Origin: Octopus vulgaris
Taxonomy: Eukaryota
Direction: 5' to 3'
DNA length: 64,000 nt
NCBI GenBank assembly: GCA_951406725.2
Contig: OX597815.1
Span: 211,482,001 to 211,546,000, forward strand
Positions 53,632 to 64,000 of this stretch are shown piece after piece (within the stretch, counting starts at the first letter, position 1; each line of letters opens with the position of its first letter). The notes below the pieces were generated by a model. It was given only the letters and a program-made list of their open reading frames with translations. It did not search any database and had not been told where the DNA came from. The translations under genes were made by a program, and so were the position numbers.

Positions 53632-55293
53632 TTAACCATAAATCGCTTCTGATGGTGCAGACAACATATCTTCGAAGACATTCAAGTCATCAAATTTATT
53701 CATTTATTCAAATTTTTCTTTACATATTTCAGGAATAACCAATAAATCATTTTTCTTGAATGATAGGATATGGTTTGAGTGGAAACCGGGTGCTGTTTCT
53801 AGTATGTCAAGTGATCATACAGAGGATAAATCATTAGTGTAAATAAATAAGGAAATTTAGTCCATAAGCAAGTTTCAAAGCACCTTTTTTTCTAATAATG
53901 ATCACATTTAATCACAATATGAATGTTAATTGTTTGAAGCCTGGACAGAGGTAAAAGAACGCTAGAAATCACACTCTACATAATATATATATACGAGCGG
54001 GAGAAAAAAATACACAATATACATATATATGTATATATACACACTCATCCGCATACATATTTACACTCTCACACACACAGATGATAAATAGATAGATAGA
54101 AATACATAGATTTACATACATACATATTTATATATATACGCATATAGACACACATACATACTTATATGCGGATACATACACACACGCATACAAACACACA
54201 TATACACACATATACACACACATGTATACTCACATATGCACATATACATACATACATACTTATATGCAGAGACATACACACACACATATACACACAGATA
54301 CATATATACACCCATACGTATACATACATACATACATACATACAAACATACATACATACATACATACATACATACATACATGCATACATACATACATGCA
54401 TACATACACATACATACATACATACATACATACATACATACATACATACATACATACAAACATACATACATACAAACATACATACATACATACATATATA
54501 CATACATAAATACATACATACAAACAAACATACATACATACATACATACACACATACATACACACACACACACGCATACATACATACATACATACATACA
54601 TACATACATACATGCATACATACATACATACATACATACATACATACTTAAATACATACATAAACATACAATCATTTATTCCGGTTTGTTTGTTCCACAC
54701 GTAAAGGACACCACATTCTGTAAATCACTAGAAAAATCACGAATGACTATTATATCTTATTATAGCAATTAGCAAAAACTGAAACACGAGCCTCTAATAT
54801 GATTTCTTTTCAATGATGGACAAAATGCAATCAACGAACGGTATGGTGAACAAAATGCAATCAACGGTATGTAATTATGTGCTACCGCTTCATATTGAGA
54901 AGTAGGTGTCTTCATAACTGATATATTCCTATGTATTTTGGGGTGTCGAGGGAGAAGTTACTTTGAAAAAATATCTTTAAAAAAGTCGATGAAATTGCTT
55001 TTGTATATTAGGTATGCGTTTCTGTATTTGCATAAATTTACTGAGTTTGCTAATTTCTTATTTTTTGTTTCAGATATGTTATGAGGAAATAAAACAATTA
55101 CTTAAATTATAGATAAACACAGACATTTATGCATTCATACTTATACGGATAAACACATGTACATATAAAGTTTATGGACATGTGTGTGTGTGTGTGTGTC
55201 TGTGTGTGTATGTATGCGATGGATAGTTGGAGAGATATATACAAACACACACTCACAGATAGATATGTATGTGTGTGTGTGTGTGTGTGTGTG

Positions 55294-55594
55294 TGGAGGC
55301 ACATGACCAAGTGGTTATAGCAGCGGACTCGCGGCCGAGGGATCGCGGGTTCGAATCTCAGACCGGGCGATGTGTGTATTCAAGAGCGAAACACCTAAGC
55401 TCCACGCGGCTCCGGCAGAAGGTAATGGCGAACTTCTGCTGACTCTTTCGCCACAAATTTCTCTCACTCTTTCCTCCTGCATTTTGCAGCTCACCTGCGA
55501 CGGACCGGCATCCGATTCAGGTGGGGAACCTATACGCCAAGGAAACCGGGAAACCGGCCCTTATGAGTCAGGCATGGTTCGAGAAGGAACAAAC
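55294..55594 (+). mobile_element. SINE C'
   Basis: Matches 37304-37604. Confidence 0.9.
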
Positions 55595-56280
55595 ATTATA
55601 TATATATATATATGTTTGTATTGCAAGTTTCCTGATGAGTAGTCGTGTGTTGAAACAGATATTGTATTTCGAAACGGTCGTTTTTTGGGGGGGCTTTTTG
55701 CCAAATAAACACACGTATTATATATTAGTTCTTCACTCGTTTATTACTGTTCTTATTTTAACTCATGCCCGTTGTCCGGAAATCTTTCGTAGCGCCTCTG
55801 TGTCCTCCTCAGCGACACTTTCCGTCTTCGTGTGTGCTCTTGCTCTGTTTATTCCATTCTGTTCTTGTATGATGTGTATCCTTATATGCGCATGCGTTTG
55901 TGTGTGTGTGTCATTGTTCTTAGTAGCACTATGACCCTCCCTCTCAATCCCGCTCCCTAGTCCGTTGCCGCGGCTGTTGCCCTTGAACCCGACGTTTTGT
56001 ACTGTTCTTGTAACTCAGTGTTTGTGCGTTCGCTCACGCTGCTGTAGATGTTGTTGTTGTTAGTCGTTGTTGATATTGTTGCGGCCGTCTGTGAAGTTAC
56101 CGTATGTGTGGTTGTGTGCGGATATCGGTCCACTTCTTAAGTTGTTTGTATCCGCAAATTCAAATTTACAGAAAACAAAAGAAGACATGGAGGGAACAAC
56201 AAGCAAGTGTATTAGTTTGATGCTCGGGAAGAAAGGAAAAGTCTTAGATGTTCCGAGCCTAGGCTCTTCATGTATACATG

Positions 56281-56668
56281 TACACGAGAGGGGTATGAAA
56301 AGTTCACAGGCTGACTATGAAAGAGTGATCATAGAGCTGCGGAATCTTGCATGTATTAATTTCAACTCTTCTTCTTAACTGCACGTTTCTTTCCCAGTAA
56401 ACTGGCATCTGACTGCTCAAAGAAGACTTCAAAAGTAACTAGAAGACACTACTCTTGAAAATGGACAAAATTTTGCAAATCAGTGTTATTAAATACCAGA
56501 TGAAAAAGTGTTTAACCTCCAAGGGCATTCATGCTGATATGGTTGCTACATTAAGGGATGACGCTCCAGCTTTATCAACAGTACAAAAAAAGGGCAGCTG
56601 AATTTAGCAGGAAAAAGGAGTGTCTTGAATATGACCCAAGGTCTGAACGTCATGCTACTCCCACCACG
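56281..56668 (+). mobile_element. 5' fragment of a mariner transposon with frameshifted N-terminal transposase
   Basis: TIR-like TACACGAGAGGGTATGAAAAGTTC. ATG 56461 gives MDKILQISVIKYQMKKCLTSKGIHADMVATLRDDAPALSTVQK, then a frameshift, then AAEFSRKKECLEYDPRSER (mariner HTH and DxPRSGRP motif). Confidence 0.8.
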
Positions 56669-58922
56669 TCTGATGGTGTGAGTTTGTATGTGGGTGTGCG
56701 TGTGGTGGTTTGTGTGCATTTGTGTGAGTGTGTGCGTGCGTGTGACTGTGTGTGTGATGGTGTGTGTGCGCGTGTGAAGTTGTGTACACGTGTGAGGGTG
56801 TATGTGTACGTGTGATGATGTATGTGAGTGTATGTCTATGCTTATGTGTATAACACCGGCCCTTAGACCGGTGTTCTTGATTATGTTGTGTCTTTTTCTG
56901 TCCCGTAACTTAGCGGTTCATTTTCATAAACTGATAAAATAATTGCCATAGTGAAATAATTAATGGTGACGCTATGATCGGCGAAATCCTTTCAAAGTGA
57001 TTCCAGTATGGCCGCCATTCATATATGCATGTATATGTAAATCTAAATTATTGCACTAAGTACGATTATGACATTTAACTGTGCGATAATTTTGATCGTG
57101 CAGGCGATGCAATCGTTGGTAATATTATTAGGACAAATTAGCAGTTTGCTTTAGCAATGAAAATATATCAATAAAAAACCGAAACCTGAAGAATATTGAT
57201 AAACGTTATAAAAACTGACCTAAGCTGTTGGCTTGTCTAGGAGATAACAGTATTAATAATGTTCTTAATATGGATATACAGGCTACTTCATTCCATTTCT
57301 CCCTTCCTTACAAATATGGCATGAATAAGCAAAAATATTCAAAGCATTGCAAATTTTGGAGTCAGGAGATAATGAACCCAAATGCATTTGCTATACAGAA
57401 AGTGTTTCGTATTTTTGTAATTCTACGCTCAATGAAACGAATGAACGAAATTAGAAAAAAGATGGCGCCTTTAAAGGCCAAATTTCGGTGTAATAGATAC
57501 GTAAAATCCCAGCCAGGATAAGTATTGCATTTAACAGTTATAATTTTCCGCCTCTCTGGTTATTCTTCAAATTCATTTATCTTTACACAGTTGAGCAATT
57601 TGGAAAATCGCATGGTGTTGCCTCTTCAAAATATCATCATTTTAAATCTGGAATTACATTTCAGAAGTTACAGAGACGAGAATATTTGCGAATATCATTG
57701 AGCATCAGGATTATTAAATCTAGCTTCTATATAATTGGCGATGGTCTATTCACAAGTGTGTGTGTGTTAGTGCTATATTACAAGATCTACTGCAATAGAC
57801 GAACGGAAAGAGAGAAATTGGAGAAGACTCTGTAAATGTGGACACCGATTAGAAATACATAAGATATATTTGAAAGTGTTGGTAGACTATTCCATTCATT
57901 TTTAAGGTATTGAATTTTTTAATATTAGGTTTTGGCTCACAGAATGTACAAATTGAGTTTGAAATGAGATAAGGTATAATATTCACTTAACATCCAACTG
58001 CAAAATAGAAAATCATCACACAAGTTTTTTTATATTCGCTTGTCTGCTAAGGAACATATTTCCCAATAACCTTTTAGGACCACTCTAAATTGGATTGCAT
58101 TTACTTTTGGAAGTGTTTATTACTAGTATTAAAAGGACTGAAATTTTCGGTAATAAGAAAAATTCCGATTACGCGATCCCTGAGAAATGAAACATGGCAA
58201 ATGAAGGCAAGAAAAGCAACTCAGTGAACGTTCTAATTTCATATCAGTGATGGAGGATGTTAACATATATCTGATATGTCATCCAGTTTAAGATCAAAAG
58301 CTGGTGTTGGGATATTTGTAGCGCATTATGTTTTGCTACAAGCATTCAGGTTTTGTCTCAGTCCTTAGGAAAAATTCTTCCCTTCTTCTCACTGTCTCAC
58401 AGTCTCTGAAAAAGCCATAGGATACGCCATCTTTGCTTCTAAGTCATTAAAAAATACCTCTTCTCTTCATTGCTCATATCCGTTGCTTTTTCTGTACAAT
58501 CTGTTCACGTTGAGTGCATTTCTCTCTTTCGTTATAATCAATACGCGTGTGTTTCTGTATGCCCCACTGTATTATACACACACACGCACACGCAAACATA
58601 CACACACGCACGCACGCACACACACACACTCACACACACATATTCGCACACAGCTATATGAACTGCATTTCTACATATATGTACATATATGGTGATCAGG
58701 TTAAATTTCGGTTACTTATTAGATTGATATATAACAAGCACAGGCGTCGCTTTGTGGTAAGAAGTTTGCTTCCAAACCACATGGTTCCGAGTTCAGTCCC
58801 ATCGCATGGTACCTTGGGCCATGTGTCCTTTACTATAGCGTCGGGCAGATCAAAGCCTTACGAGTGGATTTGGTACACGGAAACAGAAAGAAACTCATTA
58901 TATATATATGAAGATAAATAAA

Positions 58923-59167
58923 TGCGCCCTTTTTAAAGCTTAGCCAGGCTCATGGGCCCGGTTTCCCGGTTTCTATGGCGTATGTGTTCCCCAGCTGGAC
59001 GGGACGCCAGTCCATCGCAGCGTTACTCATTTTTGCCAGCTGAGTGGACTGGAGCAACGTGAAATGAAGTGTTTTGCTCAAGAACACAACGCGTCGCCCG
59101 GTCCAGGAAACGAAACCACAATCTTACGATCATGATGCTGACTCCCTAACCACTAAGCCACGCGCCT

Positions 59168-59170
<3 letters not shown>
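58923..59170 (-). mobile_element. SINE D with tail 1, inserted in a split SINE B region
   Basis: D head and body joined at AAAAATGAGTA to the same tail as the SINE C copies. Confidence 0.85.
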
Positions 59171-59211
<41 letters not shown>

Positions 59212-60081
59212 TGTGTGCGTCTGTGCGCGTGTGTGTGTGTATATGTATTTATGCATTCGTGCACATATATTACATGAATACACATATATATATATCTTTT
59301 ACTCGATATAACTTCCAGTAACAAGACTTTAGTCGGCCCAAGACTCTCGTAGAAGACACTTGCCTAAGATGCCATGCAGTGGGACTGAACCCAGAACCAT
59401 ATGGCTGGGAAGCAAACATCTTATCGCTCAGTCAAAAACCTCTACCAAGTAACAATGCAGATCCTGTTTATCCGATGGATTTTAGAGTTTCAAAAATGGG
59501 GATTTGATATACACAATCCTATGCGATGTTGTTTACTATTATCCCCAGTGCAGATCTCATAGGATAGAATTCTACCCAAATGCTGCTAGGCGCGACTCTT
59601 ACGTCTCTTTTTATGTCTCGGATTTAATTCTCTAATCTTCTATAAGATGTTATGATTTGAAGTTTGTAGCAAATTTTTTCTGCTATTTTGAAGAGCTCTT
59701 GCAACCGTCTATAAAAATACTCGCTTAATTTTATATATGTAGCTGTATGATAATTTACGTATGTTTGTCGTGAAAGTTTGGCCAGAGCAACAGGGAAAAG
59801 TAATACTATAAAAACTATCCAGTAATATGAGATTGTTATTGGTCTATTATGAAATAAAAATTCTGCTGATGCAGCTACTGTATTTAGGCAAAAACTATAC
59901 TCGGTGTAACGTAACTCAACGCCTAAGAAAATGATAAATAATTGTGCAAATATACAAACTGAGACAATGAATACTTGACCTTTCCTCGACATTTAAAAAG
60001 TTTTGAATTACTGTTCTTCCTTTACACTGCATGTGCATATATATGCACATATGAGCATATATATATGTGCATATATATATA

Positions 60082-60139
<58 letters not shown>

Positions 60140-60179
60140 TATATATATATACATATATATACATATACATATATATATG

Positions 60180-60239
<60 letters not shown>

Positions 60240-60273
60240 TAAATATAATATGTGACAATTATTTGATAGCCAT

Positions 60274-60335
60274 GATAACACTCCGAGTTTCGGATATCGG
60301 GGCGGGCACCCACGCCGACATCTCTTCAGTTATTG
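60274..60335 (-). ncRNA. Hammerhead-like motif, probably inactive (GUG at the cleavage triplet)
   Basis: ATAA-CTGAAGA-GATGTCGG..CCGATATC-C-GAAA-CTCGGAG-TG-TTAT; about 40 bp from a (TA)n tract. Confidence 0.5.
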
Positions 60336-60843
60336 GGCCATCGAAAAAACGCTATAAAAATAACCGTTAAAACAAAGGGAAATTACTGTGTGATTGACCG
60401 TTATTAAGACAAAAGAGCTATTAGAATGACCGCTAAGTAAGTGGAGGGGTAAAGGTAAGGAAGTAAAAATGTTCATAGTAATCGCATAAGCGCGCATGTC
60501 CATACATACACATGCGCGCCCGCAAACCTGCGTACATGCGCCTAAAAGTATACACTCATTCACCCTTACTTGAAACACACACATGCTCACCCACACATTC
60601 GCCCAAAAATATCTACATACCCGCATACACACGCGCGCACAAAGAGTTCATACACACGTCTATATATGCACATATTCGCATGCACGCACACACACACACA
60701 CGTGTGTGTATGTGTGTGCGTGCATGCGAGTATGTGCATATATAGACTCTTATTGCTTATTTTTGAGTGTTAACCCTTCTTTGTAGCATGTGGTACTCCG
60801 GTACCCTACTATATTTATATATGTCTATATATATATATATGTC

Positions 60844-60892
<49 letters not shown>

Positions 60893-60928
60893 GTGTATGT
60901 GTGCGTGTGTGTTTGTGCGTACACATGC

Positions 60929-60959
<31 letters not shown>

Positions 60960-61054
60960 CATACATATGTATGCGTGTGAGATGTGTGTGTGTGAAAATT
61001 GTGAACAAGTGATCATAGAATGATAATAATAACAAAACACAATACCGTGTAGTG

Positions 61055-61096
<42 letters not shown>

Positions 61097-62005
61097 CAGT
61101 GCAAAACGGAGATTTTGCTATTTAAATTTTCATAGGATTTATTAGCAAATAATATTAACAATACTCCTTCATATTTGGAAATTCCTGAAACCACAGGATA
61201 ATCATACTGCCTCCATGAAAGCTTAAGAAGATCGTCGACTGCATTGTCCACATATGTATGGTAGTTTGAAGATAGTAACGCCGACAAAACCTTTAATATG
61301 AATTATAAAAGAGCGAAGGAAGCAATAAATGGAACAGAAAGACAGCAGTTAAGTTCGACTGAGTAATCTATAATATTACACAACAGAAATGCCTCTAACA
61401 CACATTGAAAATATTTCAAGACATGCTGTTGTTCCCACAAATATCTATTAAGCTTCTGGCTTCCGACGATGCCAACAGAACAATACACTAATCACTGCTA
61501 AGTTTCCGATAAGTAAGACCGTAAGTGTATCATTTCTCATATTAAACTATACAAATTCAGCTGTGATCGGATTATTATTTTATAACAGCATAATTTCATT
61601 AACTCATTTTATAGGAGAACACTTTCACAGACTGTCTGAACAACTTTGAATATGATTTACTTCACTCTGAAATCTTTCTGTTCGTCAATTATATGAGAAC
61701 TATTTTATTTTAATACTATTTTTACTCTAGTATATTCATTCTTAAGTAATGTATTTTAATATCATTTTTAGTAGCAGATTTACATATTAAGAAATTCTGT
61801 CAAATATGATTTACCAATAACTACATCTGCTAAATAGCGATGAAAAGTTTCAGTACGATTAACAAGGGATAGAGCTGAAGATAAACTCCAGAAGTAACCT
61901 CCCAACTATTGTGATCTTAGGCACGAGAAAGAATAAGACGGCATATTACAATTTTCTTTTTATATATATTTTGAGAGGAACAACAATTTCAAGGCCATTC
62001 GAGTG

Positions 62006-62755
62006 TTGGTTGATGAGCATTCAGGGTGACCAATCACTAGCTAAAAGCTAGAATATGAGGAAAAAATTTATAAATTCACACACGAGAACTATCGCCAAAC
62101 AATCTATCACATCTCACGTAATTTGAATAATTCATAGAGTCATCCAGGAATTTCCCATGGAAAAATCCTAAACACAGATCGCGTCATTTCGAAGATTGAT
62201 AGTAGTTTTAAGCCCTCCGTACTCTTCTGAACTATTTCTCCGAGACTTAACCATTTCTCATATTACAAAAATGAAACTGAAACTACAAAGATACTACTTT
62301 ACGATGGAGGCAAAATTCGATCGAAATTGCAAACGATAGTGGGTGATCTGTTAGAAGAGGTCTTAAAGGATGAATGATGCGCTGGGACCGCTGTGAACGT
62401 TTCCAAGTGGCATATATTAAAATGTTGGCCGGGTATAGATATTATATGGAACACATACTAGATTAACGTTGTACAGCTTTAGGTCTAGTAGTGGGAGGTC
62501 TTTAAGAAGAGAACTTCTGCCGTAATTTTTGAAGCGTGGAAGATACGCTGTGACTACTCTTTACTCTTTTAATTGTTTCAGTCCTTTGACTGTGGCCATG
62601 CTGGAGCACCGCCTTTAGTCGAGTAAATCGACCCCAGGACTTATTCTTTGTAAGCCCAGTACTTATTCTATCGGTCTCTTATACCGAACCGATAAGTTAC
62701 GGGGACGTAAACACACCAAGCGATGTTGGGGGGGACAAACACAGACACACAAGCG

Positions 62756-62807
<52 letters not shown>

Positions 62808-63601
62808 TGTGTGCTTGTATGTGTTTGTGTGTGTGCGTGTGTGTGCGTATACGCTTGTGTGTCTGTGTTTGTCCCCCCAACATCGCTTGGTGTGTTTACG
62901 TCCCCGTAACTTATCGGTTCGGTATAAGAGACCGATAGAATAAGTACTGGGCTTACAAAGAATAAGTCCTGGGGTCGATTTACTCGACTAAAGGCGGTGC
63001 TCCAGCATGGCCACAGTCAAAGGACTGAAACAATTAAAAGAGTAAAAGAGTAGTCACAGCGTATCTTCCACGCTTCAAAAATTACGGCAGAAGTTCTCTT
63101 CTTAAAGACCTCCCACTACTAGACCTAAAGCTGTACAACGTTAATCTAGTATGTGTTCCATATAATATCTATACCCGGCCAACATTTTAATATATGCCAC
63201 TTGGAAACGTTCACAGCGGTCCCAGCGCATCATTCATCCTTTAAGACCTCTTCTAACAGATCACCCACTATCGTTTGCAATTTCGATCGAATTTTGCCTC
63301 CATCGTAAAGTAGTATCTTTGTAGTTTCAGTTTCATTTTTGTAATATGAGAAATGGTTAAGTCTCGGAGAAATAGTTCAGAAGAGTACGGAGGGCTTAAA
63401 ACTACTATCAATCTTCGAAATGACGCGATCTGTGTTTAGGATTTTTCCATGGGAAATTCCTGGATGACTCTATGAATTATTCAAATTACGTGAGATGTGA
63501 TAGATTGTTTGGCGATAGTTCTCGTGTGTGAATTTATAAATTTTTTCCTCATATTCTAGCTTTTAGCTAGTGATTGGTCACCCTGAATGCTCATCAACCA
63601 A
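62006..63601. repeat. Large inverted repeat: arms 62006-62759 and 62848-63601 (754 bp each), 88-bp microsatellite spacer
   Basis: Arms are reverse complements; by eye I found only two 1-nt homopolymer differences (G7 vs C6, T3 vs A4). Confidence 0.95.
62130..62430 (+). pseudogene. Degenerate mariner transposase C-terminal remnant (mirror copy about 63177-63477)
   Basis: VLSPPYSSELFLRD (YSPDLAPxD-like), KMKLKLQ, and RWDRCERFQVAYI (RWxxC..GxY-like). Confidence 0.55.
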
Positions 63602-63619
63602 GGAGTGGCTGTGTGGTAA

Positions 63620-63780
63620 GTACACATAGGCGTAGGAGTGGCTGTGTGGTAAGTAGCTTGCTTACCAGCCACATGGTTCCGAGTTCAGTCCCACTGCATG
63701 GTACCTTTGGCAAGTGTCTTCTTTGGCCGACCAAAGCCTTCTGAGTGGATTTGGTAGACGGAAACTGAAAGAAGCCCGTC

Positions 63781-63814
<34 letters not shown>

Positions 63815-63999
63815 GACGTCGTATATATATATATATACGACGGGCTTCTTTCAGTTTCCGTCTACCAAATCCACTCAGAAGGCTTTGGTCGGCCAAAGAA
63901 GACACTTGCCAAAGGTACCATGCAGTGGGACTGAACTCGGAACCATGTGGCTGGTAAGCAAGCTACTTACCACACAGCCACTCCTACGCCTATGTGTAC
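63620..63999. repeat. Perfect inverted repeat of a SINE B head: arms 63620-63781 and 63838-63999
   Basis: 162-bp exact reverse complements around (TA)n-CGACGTCG-(TA)n. Confidence 0.95.
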
Positions 64000-64000
64000 G

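Noticed and set aside
62006-63601. Foldback or MITE transposon with 754-bp TIRs
   Set aside because: The arms consist of an old mariner remnant plus a SINE tail. The (C/G)GAGTG on both sides is explained by SINE head sequence rather than a true TSD.

Overview
AT-rich, microsatellite-saturated eukaryotic DNA. The repeat complement (tRNA-derived SINEs with CORE-like and V-like modules, RTE LINEs, Penelope-type remnants, mariner/hAT/piggyBac-type MITEs, long (TA)n/(CATA)n/(GACA)n tracts) looks like an Octopus genome; this is inferred from recalled repeat signatures, not tested. Nearly all ORFs in the supplied track are microsatellite or SINE artefacts. The only host-gene signal I can support is a minus-strand first coding exon (4334-4232: signal peptide followed by a GTAAGT donor), so the gene continues leftward out of the window; the rest appears to be upstream or intergenic sequence. 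The most notable structures are (1) a double fold-back inverted duplication at 62006-63999, centred on the microsatellite of a single SINE; (2) several hammerhead-ribozyme motifs next to (TA)n tracts, the best at 45156-45270; (3) head-to-tail arrays, fixed-junction multimers and head/tail shuffling of SINEs; (4) a 5'-truncated RTE LINE ending in three C2H2 fingers. SINE family names A-D are my own labels. All alignments were done by eye, so repeat boundaries are approximate.
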